Below are positions 1-8,800 of a DNA stretch of 64,000 nucleotides, piece by piece. A program made the translations under genes and the position numbers. The stretch spans positions 1 to 64,000 of the IMG/VR virus record IMGVR_UViG_3300019762_000007; one strand, written 5' to 3'. This DNA comes from a virus. The notes below the pieces were generated by a model. The model was not told where the DNA came from and did no database searches. It saw nothing but the letters and a program-made list of their open reading frames with translations. Positions within the stretch are counted from its first letter, which is position 1; every line of letters begins with the position of its first letter.

Positions 1-1314
1 GTCTAAGACAATCTCATTAGGTGTAACAACAGTTTCTCCTAAAGAAGATGTCTTCTTAAATATATCAGGTCCACTGGTAGTAATTTCAGTACGAATAGTA
101 GACTGTCCGTCAAATCGTATAGGTATAGAATAGTTTGTCTTTTGTTCATCATTGTTATATCTTATACAAGATGATACATAGAGAATCTTACCTTCTGCAA
201 CTTTAAATATAGTGTCCTGCCACCCAGTAGCATCATTACTCCCTTTAGGCTTTCCTTGAGGCACATCCGATAAAGTTACCTCATACCCTTCATCGAAATC
301 TTTGAATATAAAATCTGTATACTCTCCAGATTCTCTAGTTAATTTAGTTATACTCCAATCATTAGTAGTTGCATTAATTCTAGTAGCTTTATGAGTATCT
401 CCTAATGTAAAATTAGGTCTCCAATAAGTAGTATTTAGATATTCTTGATTGCCTGGTAAATTGCCATACCTTACTAATAAAGGGTCAGCACTAATTATCT
501 CAGGCCTACTCCAATAATTTTTTAATATTCCATATACATTCTTAGTTGCATATATTTGATATAAGTCATTAGTTAGTATATAAACAAGATAATCAATTTC
601 ACCAGGAACTGCTGGTGTATCTGACCAACCAGAAGGAGAATTATTAGCTATACCGTTTACGAAGAAAGATGGGGAGGTGACCGCTGTACCTTTTGGTACC
701 CATTTAAATCTAAAGTCTATGTATTGTCCGTCCTCATATGCAGAAGAATCTGATAGAGATTGAGGTATCCCCCACTCTCCAGTTAGTCCATTTTTTTGTC
801 TTACCCATTTATTACTTAAAGGATTGTAAACATCCTTCCATATCTTGAGTGATTGGTTTAAGGTCAGATAACCTTCTGTTGTAGCATAACCAGCTTGATA
901 AGCTTGTTCAGCAATATCAACTGATTTGTATAAAGGTATACTATCTAAGTAATTATCTGAGTATTGGTAAAATACTTCTTCACTACCTCCCAATTCTGTA
1001 TCTGGTGTCCAGTACTGTGATACATCCCATTCACCAACTAAATCTTCAGTAGGTAATTGATATAATCTATAAGTCTTAGCTCTATTAAATTTCCCAGAAA
1101 GATCTGTATGAGCATTAACAGTTACTTTACATCCTACCAATAATCTATCAATAGAAATATTTCTTACTTCTTGGATCGAATCACATATAAAAGGACCTCC
1201 CATTATCTCATTGCAATAACCAGTAGGGAATTTCTCCTTATCAGTTTGTGTTGTAAAAGTACCTCTAGCTACTATAGGTGCTTTCATTCTTAATTTATCG
1301 TTAGCTATTGTCAT
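1..1314 (-). CDS. Tail fibre/spike-like virion protein (partial, runs off the window end)
   Basis: ATG at 1314 (MTIANDKLRMKAPIVARGTF...). The frame is open in the stretches checked down to position 1; it is missing from the ORF track because no stop lies in the window. Trp/Pro/Thr-rich sequence at the distal end of the structural module. Confidence 0.6.
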   Translation of the reverse strand, partial: MTIANDKLRMKAPIVARGTFTTQTDKEKFPTGYCNEIMGGPFICDSIQEVRNISIDRLLVGCKVTVNAHTDLSGKFNRAKTYRLYQLPTEDLVGEWDVSQYWTPDTELGGSEEVFYQYSDNYLDSIPLYKSVDIAEQAYQAGYATTEGYLTLNQSLKIWKDVYNPLSNKWVRQKNGLTGEWGIPQSLSDSSAYEDGQYIDFRFKWVPKGTAVTSPSFFVNGIANNSPSGWSDTPAVPGEIDYLVYILTNDLYQIYATKNVYGILKNYWSRPEIISADPLLVRYGNLPGNQEYLNTTYWRPNFTLGDTHKATRINATTNDWSITKLTRESGEYTDFIFKDFDEGYEVTLSDVPQGKPKGSNDATGWQDTIFKVAEGKILYVSSCIRYNNDEQKTNYSIPIRFDGQSTIRTEITTSGPDIFKKTSSLGETVVTPNEIVLD

Positions 1315-1321
1315 TGTATCT

Positions 1322-2086
1322 TTATTGTAATTTAATTTTAGCTAAGTTTAGTACTGAACTGGTTGCCGTCCTAACTACTGTGTAAGGAACTTGGTTACCA
1401 TTTATATTCAATGTTATATTAGAGTGACCTTTGTATAAAGGTACAGGTAATGGTCCTTCTATTGCTGAATTTATTTGAGGGTAAATAGTTGGAACTAACC
1501 AGTATATGTACACAGGAAGTGCTGTATAGTTGTATGTTTTACTAGCTAAGGATGATATTATGTTATCCACAAGAAGTCTGTCTAAATTTACAAGATCTTC
1601 ATTGCTTGTTATTGAATTTTGCACAGAGTACCCTACGAATGATGGATATACAAACTTAGTACCTAAAGAGATACTATGCTGACCTATACTGTCTATAATA
1701 GACACAAATAGATCTTCTGGGAAGACTCCTGGTATATCAGATGATATATTATTAAATGTTACAGAATCTTGTATAGTAAGATCAAGACCTGTATTAGTGT
1801 TTCTAGATAAAATTGTAGAAGAGCCTTCAACAATAGCCCCTGATATTACAACATCCGTAACAGACCCAACTTCTACTACTTTAGGCGTAGTAGTATAATT
1901 AAGTTGAGATGGTACATAAGGTACATAATCTATAGTGTAAACTATCTTACCATCACTAGTAGTTTGTGTTACTTTTATACTATCACCTCCTACTATCGAA
2001 AGCCCGTCTTTTATTTCCTTATTACCTATAAATGTAGGTATTGCTGAACAACCATTAATCATCTGACTGTGTTTTATATGTTTCAA
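1322..2086 (-). CDS. Hypothetical virion (tail-associated) protein
   Basis: 254-aa beta-rich ORF between tail genes. Confidence 0.45.
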   Translation of the reverse strand: MKHIKHSQMINGCSAIPTFIGNKEIKDGLSIVGGDSIKVTQTTSDGKIVYTIDYVPYVPSQLNYTTTPKVVEVGSVTDVVISGAIVEGSSTILSRNTNTGLDLTIQDSVTFNNISSDIPGVFPEDLFVSIIDSIGQHSISLGTKFVYPSFVGYSVQNSITSNEDLVNLDRLLVDNIISSLASKTYNYTALPVYIYWLVPTIYPQINSAIEGPLPVPLYKGHSNITLNINGNQVPYTVVRTATSSVLNLAKIKLQ

Positions 2087-2660
2087 TATGCTCTACTATA
2101 CGTTGAGCTTCTATATAATTCCCTTGGCACCACTGGTAATAAGATCCGTGTGTCAGTGTACCTACTTGGTTAAGTAACTTTTCAGCGTTTATAACCTCAG
2201 AGTTATGACCTCTGTCTGTAGATGTCTGCATATATAGTCTTACAAGATCACTAGTAAGTTTTCCTTTAAGTGCTATACTATTGTTAAGACTGAATATATC
2301 AATAACATTTGGAACTATTGTTTTCAGATAATCTGAAGAGGATGAATCATTCTCTATATTACTTCCATCTATTTTAATTACTTTGTTTAAAGATTCATTA
2401 AAATAAAATGTATCGATACCTAAAGGAATAGTGGAGATTAGTGCTGCCTCTACATGGTAATACCCATCAACTAGGATCGGAACCTCAAAATCAGTTGTAC
2501 CTACAACTACTTCAGAAGTCTGCACCAATGTAGGACCAGCTGTGCTATTATACTCAGCCTTTATAGCTATTCCCTTTCCAATAAGATCTTCCTGAGATAC
2601 ATCAAGCTTAAATATAGCTACTGTACCTTCCGCATTTTCTCCTATTTTTATTAAACTCAT
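2055..2660 (-). CDS. Hypothetical virion protein, possibly tail hub
   Basis: 201 aa; has its own TAATTTTG box; lies upstream of the tail fibre genes. Confidence 0.4.
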   Translation of the reverse strand: MSLIKIGENAEGTVAIFKLDVSQEDLIGKGIAIKAEYNSTAGPTLVQTSEVVVGTTDFEVPILVDGYYHVEAALISTIPLGIDTFYFNESLNKVIKIDGSNIENDSSSSDYLKTIVPNVIDIFSLNNSIALKGKLTSDLVRLYMQTSTDRGHNSEVINAEKLLNQVGTLTHGSYYQWCQGNYIEAQRIVEHIETYKTQSDD

Positions 2661-2681
2661 ATGTGTTAATTTTAGTTTTTA

Positions 2682-2689
2682 CAAAATTA
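2682..2689 (-). promoter_or_regulatory. Bacteroidota sigma-A -7 box (TAnnTTTG)
   Basis: Minus-strand TAATTTTG 21 nt upstream of ATG 2660, immediately after a terminator. Confidence 0.55.
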
Positions 2690-2719
2690 AAAAACCTTTC
2701 TAGGTTTCGCTAGAAAGGT
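2688..2719 (-). terminator. Intrinsic terminator after the ejection-protein operon
   Basis: 10-bp stem ACCTTTCTAG/CTAGAAAGGT followed by a U-run on the minus strand. Confidence 0.75.
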
Positions 2720-2741
2720 ACAAATTATTTATGATACTTTA

Positions 2742-5700
2742 TTAATACTTATCCATATACCTAATAGCATTATTAAGGTGCTCTTTAGATAACTGATTTC
2801 TATTCTTTACAAATAAATCTACTAACTCATGGTATAATTTAGAGTCTCCTTCTCTAGGCCCTTTTTCGTATACTTCAGATGTTTCCCCAGTAAGTCTAGA
2901 AAATACTTTTAAAACTCTAGCTAAGAAAGCAGAAGATGCAGCAGGATTTTGTATAATTCCTAAAGCTGAAGCAGGGTTGTAGAAGAATGTTGATTCTTTA
3001 TATACCCTAGCAACTGTATATTGCATCATTAGTTCTCCAATACTTTTTTCATCGTCATCATCTGTTCCACCTAAAGCAGTAGCAGCAAGAATTAGAAGCA
3101 GTGTAGCAGTAATCTCAGCAGTCATTCTTCTTAGGTTAGCTTTCTCTCTAGCTGATAAAACAGTAGAGTTCATTACTGTCATCAGTGCAAAGTTTTCATT
3201 CTTTAGACGTTTAATAAAGTTGCCGAGTATTCTAGCACTATCAGAGTAGTACCCAGCTCTATCAGCGTCTAGAAAATAATTTCTTCTATTCTTACCCCAT
3301 CTTCTTTCTATACCAGGAGCAATCCATTTTCTGAATTGATATACCATATTCATCAAAGCATTTCTTTGAGCTAATACTTCAGTATCTTTACTATAGTTAC
3401 CGTGCATTTCTCTGTTCAAAGCTCTAACCTTCCTAGACATCTTACTTCTTTCGGCTACAGAATATTTAACAAGATCTCCTTTATCGTTCTTTATATATAC
3501 ATCTGCTATTTCTAATTTATTAGTTTTCTTGTTAACTGAATGAGCAGATAGTACAGTACCTATTTCTTTACCAGTTTCATCATAAGTTTTAATATGCTGC
3601 ATCACAGCTAGAGCACTTGTAGATTGTAGCAAGTGCTCTCCAGAACTTTGTAATGCAAATGCAAGACTAGTTCTACTTATCCATTGCCCAACGCCAGTAC
3701 CAGTTGTCTTTAAATCTGTACTACCTTTTTCAGCAAAATTACCTAAGAAATCATACTCTAAATTCATATGATTTATGATACAGGTATCTTCTCTATTGAT
3801 TACGTCAGCTAGTGTATTTCCAAAGTTCTTAGCATAAAATGCATTAGCTTTTGCGTAATCTTTTGAGTTATAGAACTCACCAGCTGCCATTTCTATCATT
3901 TGGTTGAATTGACCTTGTATTATATTTACAGTCCCAGCTAATACATTTCCTCCTAATATTGTAAAGGCAGTACTAGTTCTAATCTTCTCTAGTATCTTAT
4001 CTGAGCTTATTTTAATGCCTGCTACATTAAACTCTCCTAAAGCATCCCTATGCTTACCGTAAAGTTGAGAATTAATTAGAGCATCTAGTGCTTTAATAGT
4101 ATTTGATTCAGCACCTGATATAACATCCTTAGGAATGCCTTTTAGTTTAGCTACAGTTCCTTTAATACCATACTGCATTTTAGAGTATTTAGCATTATAA
4201 GCTGTTTCTCTTAGAGCCTCTATCTGATATTTTACTGCTTCTTTCTCTTGAAAGTCTATAGCAGCACTTGTGTATAACATTATAGAATGTGCTATATCTA
4301 AAGACTTTGCACTATCATATAATCTAATAGCTTCTTTTTCAGCTTGTTTTTCTATCTTAGACAATTCAGAATCCTTTAGATTAAGATTGCCAGACTCTTT
4401 AACATACTTTCTTATTAATCTATCCTTTACATTAGAGTCAAATCTTTGTGTAAAGAACATAGGTACGTCCCTAAATAGATTCTTAGCTGACTTATCAACT
4501 GTTTGATCTTCATCAGTATTAGATACTTCTAATGACATTTGTACCTTTGTCTTATACTCTAGTGCAATATCTTTAACAGGTTTACCAGACAGTAAAGCCT
4601 CTATATTAGATTGCATTACTGAAGGTATTCTATAACCTATAGCATCTTTATTATATAATCCTTTCTGACTGTTAATAAAAATATCATCTATTACAATATC
4701 GTAGAACTCTTTTTGAGCTTTAGTTAAATTGTTATACCAAGCATTAGTTACTCCTCTAGCATTTGCTTTCTTTTTAAAATGCTTCTCCCCTTTAATATCT
4801 TCTATAAAAGTTTCGAATAGTTTCTTAGGTGACATCTTTTCACCCTGTTCCTTAAGTAAATTCTTCTGTGCTTCATAGATTCTATGTGTAGTATCTATCT
4901 TTCTCCTTCTGGCTGACTGTGTCTGTTCATCTAATAACATAGCTATTCCAGCTAGGATAGGATTCTTAGAGTCTTGTAATGTCTTTAACTGAGCGTCATA
5001 ACTATCAATATCTGTAAAGTGTCTTGCAGCAGCTTCTATAACATCTTCAGTTTCATTAAGTATGTCTACTAAAGCATCCATCCCTACTGTATCACCTAAA
5101 GAAGTATAAGCAGCTTTGATATCTCTAGTTGTATTCATAGAGGAGTGGATCTCTTTTAATTCCTCTTTAAAGGCTTTAGTAAAAGAAGTATCCTCTGATA
5201 AGGTTGCTAATAACATTTCAAATTCTTCCAATACTTTAGAATGATGATATAAGTTAGATAGTTGACTTAGCTTGTCTTTATTATATTCATCTTGAGTAAC
5301 TCCTTTACCTTTTACAAGGTTTTTAATTATCTCTAGAGATTTGGCAGCTTTATCTAGTTCCGTTTTTATACCAGACAGCATAGCTAAAGTGGTAGACTTG
5401 TCTGATAAAGATTTTAAACTCTTTCTAAGTTCATGCAGACTTTCTGCTTTTTCAAACTCTTTCTTTCCAATTAGGAAAGATTCTTTTTGTTTAATCAACT
5501 TGTCAATAGACTCCTGTAAATCCTCAATCTTTTTAGTCCTTCTAAGAAAAGGTTTTACAAGTTTAGATAATTTACCGCTTTCTTTTAATAAGATTAAATC
5601 AGGTATATTAATTAAAGACAACAAAGGTTCACCGTTCTTGTCTGTCTTACTATCCATTAACTTTCTTAAATTCTTTAAAGCATCTGAATCTGTAGACTTT

Positions 5701-5873
5701 TCTACAGTACTAGCTACTTCCCAGTTACCAAAAGTAGACTTAAAGTCTGCTGTCTTGGTATAGGCCCACATTAATAGCGCAACATCTGAATCACCTATTT
5801 CTTTCTCTAATTCTGCAAATAATAGTGAACGCTCCCCATTAGGAGCGAACACTGCATTAAAACTACATCCCAT
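2742..5873 (-). CDS. Large ejection/cargo (polyvalent-type) virion protein
   Basis: 1043 aa, helical. N-terminal APNGxxSxLF...FKSTFGNW...DKNGEP motif of crAss giant virion proteins; hydrophobic stretch near the C-terminus. Confidence 0.65.
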   Translation of the reverse strand: MGCSFNAVFAPNGERSLLFAELEKEIGDSDVALLMWAYTKTADFKSTFGNWEVASTVEKSTDSDALKNLRKLMDSKTDKNGEPLLSLINIPDLILLKESGKLSKLVKPFLRRTKKIEDLQESIDKLIKQKESFLIGKKEFEKAESLHELRKSLKSLSDKSTTLAMLSGIKTELDKAAKSLEIIKNLVKGKGVTQDEYNKDKLSQLSNLYHHSKVLEEFEMLLATLSEDTSFTKAFKEELKEIHSSMNTTRDIKAAYTSLGDTVGMDALVDILNETEDVIEAAARHFTDIDSYDAQLKTLQDSKNPILAGIAMLLDEQTQSARRRKIDTTHRIYEAQKNLLKEQGEKMSPKKLFETFIEDIKGEKHFKKKANARGVTNAWYNNLTKAQKEFYDIVIDDIFINSQKGLYNKDAIGYRIPSVMQSNIEALLSGKPVKDIALEYKTKVQMSLEVSNTDEDQTVDKSAKNLFRDVPMFFTQRFDSNVKDRLIRKYVKESGNLNLKDSELSKIEKQAEKEAIRLYDSAKSLDIAHSIMLYTSAAIDFQEKEAVKYQIEALRETAYNAKYSKMQYGIKGTVAKLKGIPKDVISGAESNTIKALDALINSQLYGKHRDALGEFNVAGIKISSDKILEKIRTSTAFTILGGNVLAGTVNIIQGQFNQMIEMAAGEFYNSKDYAKANAFYAKNFGNTLADVINREDTCIINHMNLEYDFLGNFAEKGSTDLKTTGTGVGQWISRTSLAFALQSSGEHLLQSTSALAVMQHIKTYDETGKEIGTVLSAHSVNKKTNKLEIADVYIKNDKGDLVKYSVAERSKMSRKVRALNREMHGNYSKDTEVLAQRNALMNMVYQFRKWIAPGIERRWGKNRRNYFLDADRAGYYSDSARILGNFIKRLKNENFALMTVMNSTVLSAREKANLRRMTAEITATLLLILAATALGGTDDDDEKSIGELMMQYTVARVYKESTFFYNPASALGIIQNPAASSAFLARVLKVFSRLTGETSEVYEKGPREGDSKLYHELVDLFVKNRNQLSKEHLNNAIRYMDKY

Positions 5874-5875
5874 AT

Positions 5876-8800
5876 TTAATCACATTTAATTTCTATTTCA
5901 CCAGACTTTAACATCTTGTCTAAGTTACGTTTACCTTCTTTTGATAATGACTCTTTTAATACGTCAATAGATTCAAAAGATTCTCTTGCTAAAGTAGTCA
6001 TATCAACTTTCATATCCAATACTTGTTTTGATGTTTTCTTATTTGCAAAATAACCATTATCTATAGCCTCAAATACTTCATTCATTGTAGGCCTATTAGA
6101 TAGATAACTTAGCAAACTCTTAAAGAAATTTCTTATCAATGAACTAATACCTTTTCTTACTTTACCTTTAGGTTTTGCATAATTCATAAAAGCATCTGCT
6201 AAGAACTCCGTAAGACTTTCGCCTTTTACTGCATACTTGCTAGCTTCTTTAAGTAAAGCATCTCTTTGAGATTCCTTTAAGTATAAATTAAACACTGCAT
6301 GAAAAGCCTCATGTCTTACTACTTTTGGCATTGCTCCATTTACAATAGCGACCATATTATTATCAAATACGCCTAATGCTTCGGTTCCATACTTAGTACT
6401 CATCTCAGCTAAAGATTCTAAAATAGAGATTGGGACATTAGGAAGAACTTTCTTAAACCATTCTAAATCTGTAGTTTGACTAGAGTTGAATAAATTCTTA
6501 TCAAATAACTTAAAATCTATATTGCCAAAAGGATTACTGAGATCTGCTTGTTCCTGTTCTACAACTATTCTATTATGAAGTAATTTATTAGTCTTCTCTA
6601 CCTTCTCTTCAACAGTCTTAATCTCTTTCGGTGCACTTTCTACAGGATTCTTTTTCATAAAGGCTGAAAAAGAATCTAATAAATTTTCTCCAACCATTTG
6701 ACCAGACTCATTAACATTTATAGAGATTGGAGCAGTCTCCTCTACTATTGGTGCATCTGTTTTAACTTCCTGTACATTTGCAAATACCTTAACAAGATTT
6801 TCAGTTTTAAATGAGCTACTACTTAACTCTGTCGTTAGAGTTTCTAGTCTACCATTTAGGGCGTTATAGGTGTTACCATTTTTAAGTAGAATTTCTACAG
6901 AAGGTGCTTTAGTATTTGGATCCGATAGAGAGTTTTGCAAAGTATTAGATAAAGATCCAACTATCTGTTCTATAGTCGCAACATTATTCTCTACTAAATT
7001 TAATATTACAGGAGAGGTTACAGCTATCTGTATAAGATTTTTTATAGTGTCATCAGACTCTAATCTTGTTTTGATAGTTGAAAGATCTTCAATTTCCTGA
7101 CCGATCATTCCTACTATAATATTATTTGCTATATCACTAGGCAATGTACCATCATGAATAGCCTGTACTATTATTTTAGAAAGACCAGCCTCTATTAAAG
7201 CATCTACCATAGACATATCCTTACTTAAATCAGAGTATTTCTTATATACTGCACTGTACCCTTTAAGTTTCGATAGAGACTGTAAGAAATTATTACCTGG
7301 AGTATCCATTAGATTAAGTAATGTATTATCTAATGCCAATGCCATCTCTCTATTAGCAGTAGAAACTACCACCTCACCTTTAGCACTTTTCTTAACTTCT
7401 GTAACAGTTTTCTTATTGCCTCTTGACTCTATCTTACTTGCTACTTTTGGATCTGTTATCTTTACCTTGAACTCTGGGTCTGCATATATATCACCTCCTG
7501 GTACTATATTAACATGTAACCAATTTTCTATTATATCCTTAGAGTTTTCTCTTATTGCTTCAGGATTTATTAACATGTACCTAGTGTTTAAGGCTTCCAT
7601 AATAGCCTCTTTACCAGTAATATTCTCTCTTATACTTTTACCAGTACCTACTTCTTTTCTATTATATTGTAGTTTAGGTACAATATATTTACCTTCCGAA
7701 TCCTTTGTAGGATTAGTAGCAACTAATTGGAAATACGTAGGTGACCCTGTAACACCGTTAAATTTAATAAGACTTGTAAGTTCAGAAGTATCACCTACCA
7801 TTCTCTTATAAACATAATCACTCCACTTATAAGATACACCTCTATAATCAAACTTTTCATTTGATTCTTTAGATGTTATAAGTTTAACAGCTTCTCTCTC
7901 TGTTACACCTCTATCTGACATTATACTATTTACAGTAGCAATAAATTCAGTATTCAATTCATTTACTAAAGTTTCTACTGTATCATAAATATGTTCAGAA
8001 GCAGTCTTATTACCTACCATCACTTTACCAGCAGTCTTAGTAGTAACTGCTAATGGTACTAATGCTCCAGAAGGTGATACTGTTAACATCCATGTACTGC
8101 CAGTAGATTTTCTCATCTCTGGTGTAATATCTATAGGCTCAGGATACATCTTACCATCAGCATCATGCATAAACATTGATGTTGATGCTGTACTGTTAGC
8201 AGTCTCTGAATAAAAGTTACCAATGAACACTGTAGGCTTTCCATCTACTTTTGGCAAGTTATTGTCACCTAAATTATTTAAAGGAGTCTCCATTCCTAGT
8301 ACTTTTATAATATCAGAGGACCTACTTTGTTTTGTATATGTAACCTCTACTTTACCTGAGTCCTTTACAGCATTTACTAATTGCTTGTTATCTGTAGTCT
8401 CTTCTAATACAGATATAACTTTACCAGAAGAGTCCTTTAATAGGATTACATTTTTTCCATTGTGCTCGGTCAATTCTAAAGTTCCTTTAACAGAACCAGC
8501 AACTTGCTTACCTTTCTTATTTAGAAGTGGTTTACTAGCAGCAGTATGATCTATTAAAGAAGAAGACTTTATTTTTGATTCAGTAGGAGTAGCTAAGAAT
8601 AAACCGCTACTTTCTCTACTTTCATCAAATCTATCTGCTTTGATAGTAACCATTCCACTGATTACTTTAGTATCTACTTTAGGAGTTTCTTTAACTTCTG
8701 TAGCAGTTTCGATAGGCTTTTCAATCTTTTTAGTTAGTAGTCCAGAAGGAGCAGGAGTAGTTTCTTCCTTTTCGGTCTCCTCAGTTTCTTCAACAACATC

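Noticed and set aside
1-2086. Diversity-generating retroelement targeting the tail fibre
   Set aside because: No reverse transcriptase or template/variable repeat pair is visible in this window.
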